Of a stretch of DNA of 64,000 nucleotides, positions 1 through 11,928 are shown one piece after another. Under the pieces are notes generated by a model. That model was not told the origin of the DNA and ran no database searches. It saw nothing but the letters and a program-made list of their open reading frames with translations. A program made the translations under genes and the position numbers. The DNA lies in NCBI GenBank assembly GCA_036172245.1, contig JAYWIR010000024.1:682001-746000 (forward strand), read 5' to 3'. Position 1 is the first letter of the stretch. Every line of letters starts with the position of its first letter. The stretch is from Raillietiella orientalis. Its lineage: Eukaryota.

Positions 1-800
1 AACTTCCCGCAACGAGTCCAGAGATGCAGAGGCAGTTTTTGGAGATCATCGTGCGAACCACGAGAGGAGCTTAAGATTCCGATACAGACAGGGACAGAGG
101 GAAGGGAAGGAAGGACTCCGGAATTCGAGTACAAAACAAACGGGAAACAGGTTTGATGAAACGGCAACAATCGGGTTTCCGTGGAAACCACGCACGCACG
201 TGCTGACCCGCTCATTGTTGCGTTTCATTTTTGCCAGAAAGTGACCCTGCGGTTCGGATGGCGTTCGCGGGTGGGTTAAAATCGGGCCGCGAGCGGGTTT
301 ACCCGCGTGCACGCATCCCGGGATAACTGACGCTGGACCGTCGACTTGACGGCAGCAGTCCGTCCCTCCGTCACCATCCGGGCGTCAGCAGCAGCACGAG
401 CGTCCACTCTGCCGGCGGTTCTCACCGCTGCTGCTGCAGCCGGCGATCTTTGAAGGTGGGCACAAGCGGCGCACCTCCTCGATCGGTTTTTTTCCCTGTT
501 CAAAGATCACATACATCTGCATCACGATGATGGCACGTGGTCATCTCTCCGGTCACGAAAGGGTCACTCGAGAACGTTCCTCTTCATGTGTGTCTGTCCG
601 GGAATCGATCACTGCAGCTTCATTCTTTCCGAGGAGATTGGAAGAAAAGGTAGAATTCAGCTGATCCCTCGAAGATCCAGAAGGGGAAAAACGTTTTTTC
701 CACCCGGAGCTTTTCAAATAGAAACGAAGCAGCAAAAAGCATACGTTTCAAACAGTGCCGATGGCATTTTTTCGTAGGTTCTTCCCATTCATGCGATGGC
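1..800 (-). mobile_element. Decayed 3' fragment of an L1/Tx1-like non-LTR retrotransposon
   Basis: Minus-strand translation gives DTHEEERSR followed by RRCAACAH (CxxC). This resembles the post-RT HEE...CxxC region of the RT-bearing copies at 21.5-29.7 kb. A pyrimidine-rich 3'UTR-like stretch follows. Family assignment is inference. Confidence 0.35.
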
Positions 801-1380
801 TTTCCGTGAACACAGGTCCGAGGTTTGAATATTGCTTTTCTTTTAAACAGTATAATTAAAGACTTTTCAACAGTTACAATAGATCAAGTATTACACCTGC
901 AAGCATAAAAACAAAAACAAAAACCAGGAACTACATTCTTTGGCATTAGAACTAAGGTATACTCATGAGCTCAGGAAAAAAAAGATTTACTTATCGTACT
1001 TTCTGCCATACATTTTCTAACGCGCAAAAAATAATTTTTTTGGTTCCTGAGATTCAAGCTTAATGACCTACTGGAATGACCAGTTTGTGTTTTCCATTTT
1101 CCTACATTGGATCACAGAATTTACGCTCGAACCATATTTTTCCGAAACTGACATAACCTATATGATGAAAATTTACGTGTTTTGCGTGTGTTTTTGATGA
1201 GACACATTTGATCAAATATACCATATGTGAGGCTACTGATAAGTCTGCCTAATGAATCTCTCGCCTGCAATGTAAACACCCAGAGGAGACTAAAGAATGA
1301 AATAACACTCCTCCTATACTAAGCGTGCATATTTGCGAGTGATAGTATGCAGAGAAGCCCTCTCAATAGAAGGTTTTTCC

Positions 1381-1716
1381 AAGAGCACCTGCACCGGGAG
1401 CTGAACCTCCGCGTGCTGCTGCAGCGCGACCTGAAGAACGTCGTCCGGGTCGAGTTCGACGGCGGCGAGACGTGGGTCACGCTGGCCCCCGTCCACCAGG
1501 TCTTCCGCAGCCTGGTGCTGCTGCTCCAAGAGGCCGGCGACAACGCGTGCTCGCTGTCCAGCCTGAAGAAAAAGCACGACCAACAGGTTCGGCACCTCCT
1601 GCTGCCCCGCGCAGTTCGGCTACCCCAGCCTCATCTCCCTGATGGAGGTCTTCCACGACGCCCTCAGGATACGAGGGAAGGGTTTCAAGCGCGCGCTGAA
1701 CCTGAACAAGGACTAC
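1381..1716 (+). pseudogene. MARF1: Frameshifted, intronless fragment of MARF1/Limkain-b1 (tandem LOTUS/OST-HTH domains)
   Basis: Reads LRVLLQRDLKNVVRVEFDGGETWVTLAPVHQVFRSLVLLLQ...LLLP, then after a frameshift AQFGYPSLISLMEVFHDALRIRGKGFKRALNLNKD. This matches the LOTUS pattern (P..YG..S+..L+.A+P..+.I.G.G.KR.+.L) of the last MARF1 repeats as I recall them. Third codon positions are nearly all G/C. Confidence 0.7.
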
Positions 1717-3249
1717 CAAGGAACATCATGCATTAGAAGCTGTGGAAGTCTATCACTGACATGACAAGAAGCCGAGACGCTATGAGATTGCCGTTCGAAA
1801 CCCCCACCAACCTGTTTATAACACTCACGAGTCAAAAAAGCGACCTATTTGTGTTATGTAGTTATTACTACTACGTCGGTTAACAAGAGTATTTCCGAAT
1901 GGGCAGACAGCAGACAGATTCCGATGCCGAATACGTCGGAGATTCTACACTCTTTTGTTCGCAGGGAACGCCCTATTCGGCACGCAAATATGGACCTATT
2001 CCAAGAAGGCTGCATTTTTCCTTAGTCGAATGAACGTAAGCTACTTGCTAAACTCGCTTACTTTCCATATCATCTGTTGATGAATATTGAAGGTCTGGGA
2101 ACTCGGCTGTTAAAAAATCTTATTCGTCAAAACTACTATGCACAATTACACGATCACTTTATTATTATTTTGTTCCAAAAATTCAATAAAGACAATTAGC
2201 CTGATGAAAAAGGCATATCTTAACTTGGTTAACTTTTGAATGAAAACTTTGTTCATTTCGTGGTGCACTGTATCCAAATAATAGGTGGAATGCGGCAACC
2301 GCCCGTTGCCGTAATGAGTCGCCTGTCACTGGCTGTTTGCTGCCATGGAATTGCCAGTAATGGCATCTGACCTCACAGTTCAATCTAACTGACCCAATAA
2401 TGAAACTCCTTACCCATTGCACATGGATACGACAGTAACGAGGTGGCTCGCTGCCTGAATGCCCCGAGGCTCCGCTTTGGGACTGTTTTATTTTCCTACG
2501 TCCGTGTCACGTAAGCCATACGGAGGTGCTGACAAAGTAAAATTCACGTGGTGCTTTTCCCAGATGTGTTGGAAGAAACACAGTACTCTTATTAGGAATG
2601 GAAGTGGGAAGCAAGACTTTTAACAGAGTGCATGTTGTGCACGTATGCATGTGTGTACATATATACGTATATGATAACTTAAATAGCAGATTTCTGGGAA
2701 GTCTCCAACTTCCGCTGATCCTGACCAAGTAGAGTTTATAGGTTTTATGAAATTTTAGCTAATCCTTGGGTTAAAAAAACACACACCCAAATCAGTCAGA
2801 TACAAATGGTAGCCATATAACGGAAAGGAGCCTCTGGAATTCATCATGGGTTAGGGAAGCTATGGTACCATTCTGCTGAGAGCTTTCCATATGTGCTGCA
2901 ACTCATCATGCTGTTCACCTGCCACTACAGCCGCAGAACCGTCACCACAGCTTCAAATCTAAAGATCAACAACAGCAGCAGCAGAAATGGTTACCATTTG
3001 TGCCTGACTAATTTTTAATCCACAGGTTAGTTAAAATTTCAAAAAACATTGTTAAGACTTTCCCATAAAATGTATATTACCATTGTGCACCCCGCAATCT
3101 TGTTTTTAAACCTCCAACTTTCTGGGATTCCCACTAAAACATTTCCAAGGGACAAAAACACTTTCGTGACTCAGGTAGCATCGGGAGACATCATCGATAC
3201 TTTGGGCATCCTAACACCATTACCCGTTTGAGAACTTGGCTCTTCGTTG

Positions 3250-3560
3250 AAACTCGCAGCCGACTAGAGCTTCCGGACTAGATCGTTGATCTAGGCTTTT
3301 ACCTGAATACAGGAAAACTCCGGTACAACTGATGAGCTTTCGTACTTCCTTCGAGGCTCTACCGTCATGCAGCCTGCGCTGACATCTCCGAGACTCACCT
3401 GCCAACATGAGCTTTGTGAATTTGCACGAGGAGACCTTTGTCTTGTTCAGCTTAGCATGCAGTTACCTATTATCCAAGACTCTTCCTGCACTGTCCATTC
3501 GTGTCTTTTGCCTGCCTCTCTCGAGTTCAGTTCACTAAAGAATTTTAAATTACGCGGGAG
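3250..3560 (-). mobile_element. Ty3/Gypsy-like LTR retrotransposon remnant (integrase H2C2 zinc-finger region)
   Basis: Minus frames give RHEWTVQEESWIIGN, LLVQIHKAHVG and KEVRKLISC, in the typical order of the integrase zinc-binding region. Stops and frameshifts are present. Confidence 0.45.
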
Positions 3561-5164
3561 GAAAAAAAGGCGATGGCATGTACGGAAGGAAGTGATCCAG
3601 AATCGGCTACCCACGGTTCGTGGCAAATTTCGAGGTCCACGAAGGACGTGGACTCCGTAACACGGTGCCGAGTTTATGGATTGGCAACAACTCATTTGTA
3701 CATTAGCAGCTGTTGCACGACAAACTGGTTGCAGGGATGCACGTGTGAGTGTGACCAACAGCTGGCTGCAAAAGAAGAAATGCATTACTGTGTGTATGCA
3801 TGATGACTTGCGAACAGATAGCCACAAAAGAGGAAGGACCTTCTTGATCTGGAACAGTGTCGAGGAAAATGAAAGTGCAGGATGCGAATAAGACAGACAT
3901 ATTTGAACGAGTATCTAGTAATTTGAGCGGTAGAAAGATAAATGATAGCCCGGTGTATAATCAGGGTAACTTGTTTTTTGCTGTTCTTAAGAGGATCCTG
4001 GGCTTGCGCTCTCGACTTTTTTGGCTAAGATCAAAACGTAGTTTAGTTCATATTTGCTTATCAGCTATTTGAGGACATTGGGAATCTACATTCTTCGTTT
4101 TGGGGAAGATAGGGGGCGATGAAAGAGAGAATACGATAGGCGGTATTGAGAGAAACAAATCACGTAAGGGCGAACCCTGAGGGTTCTAACCTTTCACTTC
4201 AGTTTCACAAGCTCCTGTGAAATCATTACCGAAAATCTCACACTTTAATCTACATTATTGCATGCTACAGAGCCTTAGCGCCTCAGGACATTCTTCAGCA
4301 AGAAAGAAACGAATTCCCTGTTTTTCATTTTCAGATAAGCAAAACAGCCGGCCAAGAGGCGAAGAGGTAGAGATCAGGTTTGCTGAAAGTGCTTGGTGAA
4401 TGCAGTATGAGTGATTGATAAAACTGAATCTCTTACCCCATAACAGAGAGCTGGAACGCAAATTCTCTTTTTTTTGTCTCGGGCTCGAGTGAACGTTAAC
4501 TATACTCAACTTACAGGGAAATATGAGAGATGCTAACGGCAAAGGCTGAAATATTATTTGATAGAAGTAATAATTACAGTACTCAATTACCGTTAGCATC
4601 TAATTTATTATTATTTGCTACACATGAATAAGAACCATGTGGCACGCTTATGCATAATCAATTAATGCATCACTTATCAAAAATACATGCAGGAGACATC
4701 AGGCGATAGTAATAATTAATTACATCTCGGAAAAAGGGAGGCTAAAGGATAGAGTCTAATAAAATACAGGAGTCCAGGTTTACGAATAGCTTTAATCAAT
4801 CATGGAATACAACCGTACATTATAAAGTATATAAACAATGCTCTATAACATGGGAACGGGAGACACATAATACAAAAATTGTTTCGAACCAGATTATTTA
4901 ACTTCACGGAAGGAAGACAACAAAAGCAAGATTGGTACCTGCTTGAAATCATTTTTTTGGATGCTGATTATCATGCGGAATGGGGTTCAGGAATCATCCC
5001 CATCTCAAGTTCCTGATGTCATGACCTTAAAAAAAAGAAAGAAAGAAAGAAAAAAAAAGCACTTCATGCCATTACTATCCTTTTCAATCCTTTGATGATG
5101 GGGTACGCTATCCATTACCTACCCAGCTCTTCATCTATATCCTGTTTATTGATCTTCCACTGTA

Positions 5165-5951
5165 CTGTTTCCCAGTCATTCACTCTAGCCAAATGGAAAA
5201 ACAGGTACTGCCAGCAAAGAGTTAGAGACAAACATGTCTTTGATCAAAGCCAAAGTTAGAGTGCTTATTCCAGGAAAACCATCACATGCTTGACAGTTCT
5301 GGTAACCAGCAGATTATCACAATGTTCAGCCATGAAACGAGTGGCATCGTCCAGTTGATCGTTTACTTCTTGAAATATCTGCTGACTTGAAATATCTGCA
5401 GATAAGAAATCACAGGGAGTAACAAGATTATTTGAATTAGCAGTATGGGATACAACAATGCCTTGAAAATGAAGATGAGGTTTAAGGAAAACTGATCATA
5501 CAGCAACATCCTTGTCCAAATTATAATGCTGATGAGAAGAAAACCCATAGGATTCTATATCCAGATTCTTTGCAATTAAGATTCTTCAAAGCAAGTAATT
5601 CATTCTCATCTAGCTTTTCAAAAAGGCATTCCTCTCACAAGCTTCTTGTTTGCACTCTACAGCGTTTCCATGTTTTCCAATGTTTGCCATAAAGCTTTAT
5701 CAATAGTTGATTCTTCAGACCCACACAGAAAACCTCTATGATTTAAAGATCCAATAATATTCTTCAAGTCCACCAATACCAGCCTAGGCTATGTATAACC
5801 TCTCTTCGTTAAGTGCAAGACCTTCTGCAAACAGTACGCTTACTTTCTTGTACTCAAAGGGGACCCTTGAAAGTGTAACGAAAATAAACCAATCTGTCTT
5901 GCGCTGACCTGAACTGAAACCACGCAGGATTACCCGAACTTCGACTCCCAT
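5165..5951 (-). pseudogene. MSTO1: Misato (tubulin/FtsZ-like mitochondrial distribution protein) pseudogene, N-terminal half, no introns seen
   Basis: Motifs occur in the expected order: VLFAEG...Y..RLVLVDLK, YNLDKDVAV*SVFLKPHLH, and DDATRFMAEHCDNL.GYQ...DGFPGI. These match Misato DVLYR.G...YTPRL+L.DLK, VWSDFL..HLH and RFY.EECD.LQGFQ...DGF.G. Multiple stops and frameshifts, plus a short internal tandem duplication near 5370-5400. Confidence 0.75.
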
Positions 5952-6099
5952 GTTGTTCCCTCCATAGGACTCCTGACTCACCACCCAGGAGGCCACAGGA
6001 TGCACATGCCAGCTTGAGGTCTCCAAAACTTGCTGTCACTTCCGGGTCGCACCTCTCACCAATGAACATACGAGCCACGGGGATTCGCTACTCTTCCTG

Positions 6100-7290
6100 A
6101 ATCTCGTGTCTTTCCACGTGATCTCTTACCTCATTTCTAGGCCTTCGATGATCAAAATAAAAAAAGGAAAACGCGGTTTCTCCGCCTCCTTTCAGCCCAT
6201 CCGACATCCAACGTTGAAACTTTGAGCACCAACACCGAGAGTTGAAGTCCTGTCCAAGATGGTCTTCCACACCATACTGTCTAAAGGCTCATTAACTGCG
6301 TTTGCTACGCTGGGTCCGAATATTGGAGCCGTCTGCTTTTCAGAGAGCGGACTCACATGACGTCGGTCAAAAGACCCAAGCTGCTGAAGGCAAAGCGAGT
6401 TTCCAGCAAACCTTTCCTTTTGCCCTTCCTCGAGCAGGCCAAAGTGCTCACTTCGTACCACCCCCAAATTGCACTTCGGCATTCGCAATGATCTTAACAT
6501 GGACCTGGTTGCCGTTCACCGTCGGCAATCCTCTACTACGACTACACTCGAAAGACGCGTTCCGATATGGCTGAGTGTGGATTCATCTCACAGCAGACCC
6601 TGAACGAAATCCGGTGAGGCAGATGGCCGCGCAAGTGCTCAGCAGGCATTTCCGGCTCGCCGCCAGAAGTCGCCAGCTTGGCTCCTGCCACAGCATCCAT
6701 CTTCGCCATTCCACCTGGCATCTCATGACCTCACGCACGTCCAGCGCACATACCATCTCAGAAAACACGGTTCCTTGCATTCGACGAATGCAACTTCTGC
6801 ATGTGGGAATCTGGTGCAAGGCAGAAGAAGCAAAGGAAGGCAGCCGAGGAGCCACAGTTGTGGCTGACGATGGGATCGATTCACGCCGCGGGGGGTGGAA
6901 GAATGGCAGTGGCCGCCGTCAGGCTGTGCTTGTCCGTGCAGGAGAACGGTCCAGAAGCCCCAGGATTTCAGCCAAGCTCGCAAGTCACACCTACGGGCGT
7001 TCCGCAGACAAGGAATTCAGTCCTCATTGCGGAAGCCCCTGCAGAGTGGACTATCCCACCACATCGTGCCAAGGTGGGGACGAGGATCATCATCCTCAAA
7101 AGATACGTGCGTCACTGTGCCGCAGGGTCTTGGAAAGTGAGGGAAAGGGCAATGCACCCCACCACTTCGAAGAGTTACCCTGGGGAAGGGAGGGAGGGAG
7201 GTCTTTCCTTTTGGGGCTGCAGAGCAGGAGCGGCTTCTTGCATATGGAAAGTGAACTCCCTGTTGGGTGCAGTCCCATGACCACAGATCA
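6100..7290 (-). mobile_element. Decayed 3' part of an L1/Tx1-like non-LTR element
   Basis: Minus frames give SKWWGALPF and RLPSFASSALHQIPTCRSC, resembling the W..PL and zf-RVT-like region of the other copies. A T-rich 3'UTR-like tract lies near 6150. Confidence 0.35.
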
Positions 7291-7452
7291 CCCATGAGAA
7301 TTGGGAGTGCTTATTAGCTTGCAAGACTCCACCGTGGTCAAGGAGGGATCTCTCTCTCCTTTCTTTCCTTCCCTCCCCCTCCCCCCCGCTTTCAGCCGAG
7401 GACAGGACTTACTTCGCCAAGGTGGCGTCCGCCAGTCGAGAGAGGGGCGACC

Positions 7453-8190
7453 ATGGTGAAGATGAACCCTATGCCCTGTGACCTCTTCCGCTGCTGCGGG
7501 CAACGCGAGCGCCAAAAGGGAGCCTTCCGAAGGGAGCACGGCTCGGACGCTGCGGAGAGCGTCCAGACGAGCCGATGGTCCGCCGTGTCCAGAAGAAAAA
7601 AGGCAATAAAATCCAGGTGGCCGATGCTCCGGCGTGTGGAACACGGTCCTCAGGAGCAGCTGCGGGGAGCGTACAAAAACCCGCACATGGGGAGCAGGTG
7701 CCGCAGGGAGGCGCGAACCCGAACGCACCACAGAGCAGGAAGAACTCTTCCTGCCCTCGCAAGCCCGACCTCGCTCCGATCCTTCCCTCAACCCCTTTCC
7801 CCGTGGAAAGGCTCCGTCCACCACCACCACGCTCCACGAATCGCAATCTCTTTGCTTCCAGTCGAGCGCGTCCGCACAGGTCCACTCACACCGACGAGGC
7901 CATCCTCGAAAGCAGAGGACGCTCAGACGAGCTACCTTTCTCGCTGTACTCCTCCCTCTTTCCGTCCGGGACATCCATGGGAGCCTCCATCTGCAAAAGG
8001 CCGACGTTTCGAGCACGCCAGGGTCCCGCAGTAGCCTGAGTGGACGAGCCCTGAAATCGTTCCCTCTGCCTCCCACCCGCAGACTTTTACTCTCGCAGAT
8101 AGGAAGAGCGGTCGAGCGAGGGCGCGCGCTCCTCGTGGGACCCAGAACCTTTCGTATATGCCCAGGAGGCCGGTCGCCACGGCGATAGGC
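7453..8190 (+). pseudogene. Possible C-terminal remnants of an HS2ST/UST/pipe-like sulfotransferase
   Basis: GC-rich segments LFRCCGQRE, DELPFSL..LFP..MGAS and WDPEPFVYAQE loosely follow the FCGQ, EEL...LP.FF.GA and E.EFY.FA motifs in order. Weak by-eye similarity. Confidence 0.25.
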
Positions 8191-9194
8191 GCGAAAGGAA
8201 AGAAAGAGCCAAGGCCGCGATCTTCCACAGGCGTTCGACGATCCGCTACAGAGGCTCTGCCTCCGTCCCGTGGGACCCCATGACTCCATCAGACGCACCG
8301 GATGCTGTTCCAGGGATCATCGGAAGTGCATCGCTCCAACTCAGAGAGCGCAACGGCAGGAGGAGGGGAAGAGCACGCGGCCCGCCCCGAAAACGAAAAA
8401 TCCCCAGGACACGCAGTCCGGGTTCGCTTCGGACGGGACACGCGCGCTCAGGGAGGGATGGGGAGGGCGTCGTCTGAGGACTACGGCCTCTTCTTCCCGG
8501 AGAGCCCGAAGCAGCAGTCGGGGTTGTTGAAAAGGTGCGCGGGCGCCCCAAGGGTCCCGCCTGCGGGGTTCGCGAAAAGGAGAGACGCCGGACTCCGTGA
8601 CGTCCCGACGGCGAAGAACGAGTTCGGTGGGAGGGACGAAGGGGAGGAGGAGGAAAGGGGCAGGGAAAGCTCGATCGCCGCGCCCTTTCCTCTTCCTTCT
8701 CAGGGGATGAGATGTGGCGGAGAGGAGAGAGGAAGGGATGCTGGGGGCGTCGAGAGCCTTGCAGACGCCCGGCAGCGTCCGTGGGACGCCTGCGCGCACG
8801 CGCTTCTGCGGGTAGCCACATGCGAGGGGGAGGGCTGGGCCTTCGGAATCGTCAGGAAACCCCCCCGGAAGAAGCGAGGAAGGGGACGGATCTGGGGAGA
8901 GACTTGAGCGTCCGCCCGCTTGCTTGCTGGCAGGAGTAACCAAGGAAACGCAAGCCCTCAAAAAGCAGACGACGCAAAAATGCGTGCGTTTCCCCGGTTA
9001 CTCCGAACACACCATTCAAAAGAAAGGAAGAAAAAAAATTTCATCTGCCCTGAAAAGTCCACAGGCCGTCCACCCAGCCCCCGCCGAAGATTCGCGCTCG
9101 CTGTAGTCCGGTGGAGCGGTCTACGCTGAGACCTCCGAGGAGGAAAGAAGGAAGAGGTCCCCATCCGCTTACGCAAAGGGGAACGTAGAGAACG

Positions 9195-11430
9195 ATGCAG
9201 AAGGTCTCCGTGGTCTGGATGACAGCCATCTTCCTCGGGGGGGTCCTGGCTTACCGCCTACTCCGAAACAAGCAGGACCAGCGTCGGCAGCAGGTACGCC
9301 GGTTTCACCCGCGATTTTTCTGCGAGGAGGGGGAGGAGAGCTGTGATGGGAAGGGGAGGAGCGAAGGGCGAAGCAAGCAAGAAGCGTGCGAGCAAGTTGC
9401 TATTTCCAGAAGGCGAAAAGAAAGGTCAAGAGCGAAGAATATCAGGATGACCTGCGGCCGACCCGCCCGGCGAGGGACATTCGAGATGTGCGAGATGACT
9501 GCAACACCGGCATCGTGAGACAAAATCGTTCCTTTCTTTCCCAGCCTTTCATTCGAGACACGCGGGGGGCAAGGGGGTGAGAAGGAGGAAGAAAGAGCTT
9601 CGGCGGGTCATGGTCCGAGAAGTAGGCTCCCACCCGCAACACCGAGTCTCCGCCGCTGACGAGGCGAGCGCGCGCGAATCAGCTCGTCTCGGCAGCGGAA
9701 GAGGAAGGAACAGGGGAGAGCGACCCCCCGGTCAGAAGTCCCGGCTCCCCAGGGAACGAAGGAGGGGAGCTCCGATCCCCTCTCCCGGGGAGGTGGCGGA
9801 GGTTGCCCCTCCAGCCATCCTGCAGACTGAACGAACAGCGAGGTCAGCCAGCGCCCCCGGACCTGCGCCAGACTGGGAGTCCGCCATGCAGGAAGGGCGA
9901 GGACGACTCTCCAGGAGCGCGCGCTCTCCGTTCCACCGTCACCTCACCCGGCGGCGGCAGCGTCCGTCCTGTCCGAGGGAGCCGGAAGGGCCGCGAGGTG
10001 GTGGTCCTTCAATCCCCCGTCCGCCGCGCTGATGCGTCGCGACCTTCCCGCCCTTTCGACTTCTTCCCCTCACCAGCTCCCGGTTTCGGCGCGCCCCCGG
10101 TTTCACGCCACCAATGATACCGGGCGGTTCCAGGCCACCCTTCCCGAATGGCGCTGCCCTTCGTTTACCTCGTACACGTGCCGCCATGACTGCTGCCACT
10201 GCGGTGCCCCGGCGAAGAGCTGCTGTGAGGGCAAAGTCCAAGGGAGGACGGGCGCCGCCGACCACGCACAGCAGGTATGACGACTCGCACAAAAAAGGGA
10301 GGGCGGTGCCCGGAAGACCCCGACCAGAAGGATGGAGACGGAGAAAACGTGCCGTTGCAGATGATCTACAACCGCGACCCCAGGACCTCGGGCAAGGAGA
10401 TGAGCAGGATACAGAACGAGGTGGCCGAAGTGGGACTGAGGAACTTTTCCTGCAACCGACTCGGGGACAGGAAGATACCGAACCTCGAGGTGAGATCCGC
10501 GGTGATCTGGCCCACAAACTTCCTCGGGAAACGCAGAGGGGGCGGGGACGGAGGGGCAAGCGGAGGAGAGGTCCTGCGCGCGGAGAAAACGCTCTGAGGT
10601 CAGCCCCGCAGACCACGACCGCGAAAGGCATGGCGCCCCTTTCCTTCCGAGCGAGCTCCTGAGAGCGAGGACACGCGGGCGGGGGATAAGCATCGCCGTA
10701 AACCTTTCGCAGCCACTCCGAAGACCGGTCCGAAGGGAAGCGCCAAGGCAGCTTCCTGTTCTCCTATCCCTCACCACTGCGCCGCACTTCGCCGCAAGAT
10801 CAGGTTTCAGAAGGACCGGTTCTAAGTGGCCCACCCTTCCTCCCTCGACGCGGAAGAGCGCGCATTACAGCGACGAGAGCCGGGACAGAGAGGTGAAAAG
10901 GGGGAAGGGGGGAAGGAAGCGAAAAGCAGAAATACAGTGCCATCTACTCGCGCTTCTCGAATAACTCTCGCGGTCGACGCATTGCCTGGAGACATAGCCC
11001 CTCCGGGAGCTCCCACGCTACCAACAGCGACGGCAGATTCTCGACCTCGAACGCAAATCGCGTTTTGCCTTTCTTCTGCAGGCTCCCGCCCCACTCTGCA
11101 CTGTCCCTCACTCCGCGCCCGAGAAACGCGATGCGGAAGGTGCGCTGCCGGAAGTGCTGCCAAGAGAGAGGAGGAGCGAACGCCATGCGATAACAAACCA
11201 AACGAAAAGGCTGAGAGGTCAGGGAAAAGCGCGACCTTACGAACAAGTAGTGCAGCTTTCTCGCGTGCTGCAAGCCCTCGCGCGCGTGCAGTTGGCAGTC
11301 CGGGAGGACGGCCCGGTGGGTACAGACTCCTCGAGCTTACAGATGCCTTCACGAACGCGAGACCAACGCACCTACCTGAACGATCTCTCGGCCACCGAGA
11401 CAAGTGGATGTTTACTTTCAGGATGAAAAT
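9195..11430 (+). pseudogene. GC-rich spliced HS2ST/UST/pipe-like Golgi sulfotransferase gene, 5' half, degenerate
   Basis: Three phase-0 exons with canonical splice sites join cleanly: 9195-9293 (type II TM anchor MQKVSVVWMTAIFLGGVLAYRLL), 9410-9514 and 10361-10489. They give ...DCNTGI-MIYNRDPRTSG, similar to the PAPS-binding IYNRVPKT(G/A)S loop. A frameshifted TYLN.LR.P.DKWMF.FR near 11370-11425 resembles YIN++RDP++R..S.Y.F.R. Confidence 0.5.
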
Positions 11431-11544
11431 TTTTGCTCTCCGAGGAAGACCTTCTGCTGACGATGTCTCGGAGCCTGCCGTCCCCCTGCCAAAACTTTCG
11501 GGAGGGAAGGAGAGAAGGAGGGGGGGAGGGGGAGGAGGAAGAAG

Positions 11545-11928
11545 CATCCCCGCTGTCTGGTAAGAGAGGCAGCGGGACTGTTCGCATCTCCACCGGTAAA
11601 CCAGCCACCCAGAAACGTCTTCTTCCACGTAAAGAAAAAGCGGCGGTTTGTCCTTCTCAAATTCACTCCGAGCGCTAGCATACAGAGATCGCAGGTCATT
11701 TGGCGAAATCCCGTGATCCACGGCGCCTGGCACAGGGAGGAAACCATGGCTGCAATTTTCAAAATGCTGATTTGAAATAAAATCCACAAGGTCTGGAGCA
11801 ACCTTGATGTTTTCGGATGACCACAAGCTCTTCCCGGATTCCTTATCCGAGAAAGCCGGTTTACTAGTAACCCTCTTGACGCGGCTTTGAAAGCCTGGCC
11901 ACGAAGTCCTAACGCCAGCATCAACCAT
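11545..11928 (-). other. Intronless ORF of about 128 codons, identity uncertain (LINE ORF1 N-terminus, or Sen15-like)
   Basis: Protein-like composition. It is preceded by a LINE-5'UTR-like segment (11930-12110) and is cut at a purine-rich junction near 11510-11545. Confidence 0.25.

Noticed and set aside
1347..1736. BRO-N/phage antirepressor-like reading of VRVEFDGGETWV
   Set aside because: The shifted downstream frame fits the MARF1 LOTUS repeats much better.
10032..10280. BIR-like Cys-rich peptide (YTCRHDCCHCG)
   Set aside because: It lacks the BIR W/H/C spacing and lies in a predicted intron.
7288..11563. Many long overlapping Arg/Gly/Pro-rich ORFs on both strands
   Set aside because: These are shadow ORFs caused by high GC. 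They carry no domain signatures, and a spliced model explains the region better.
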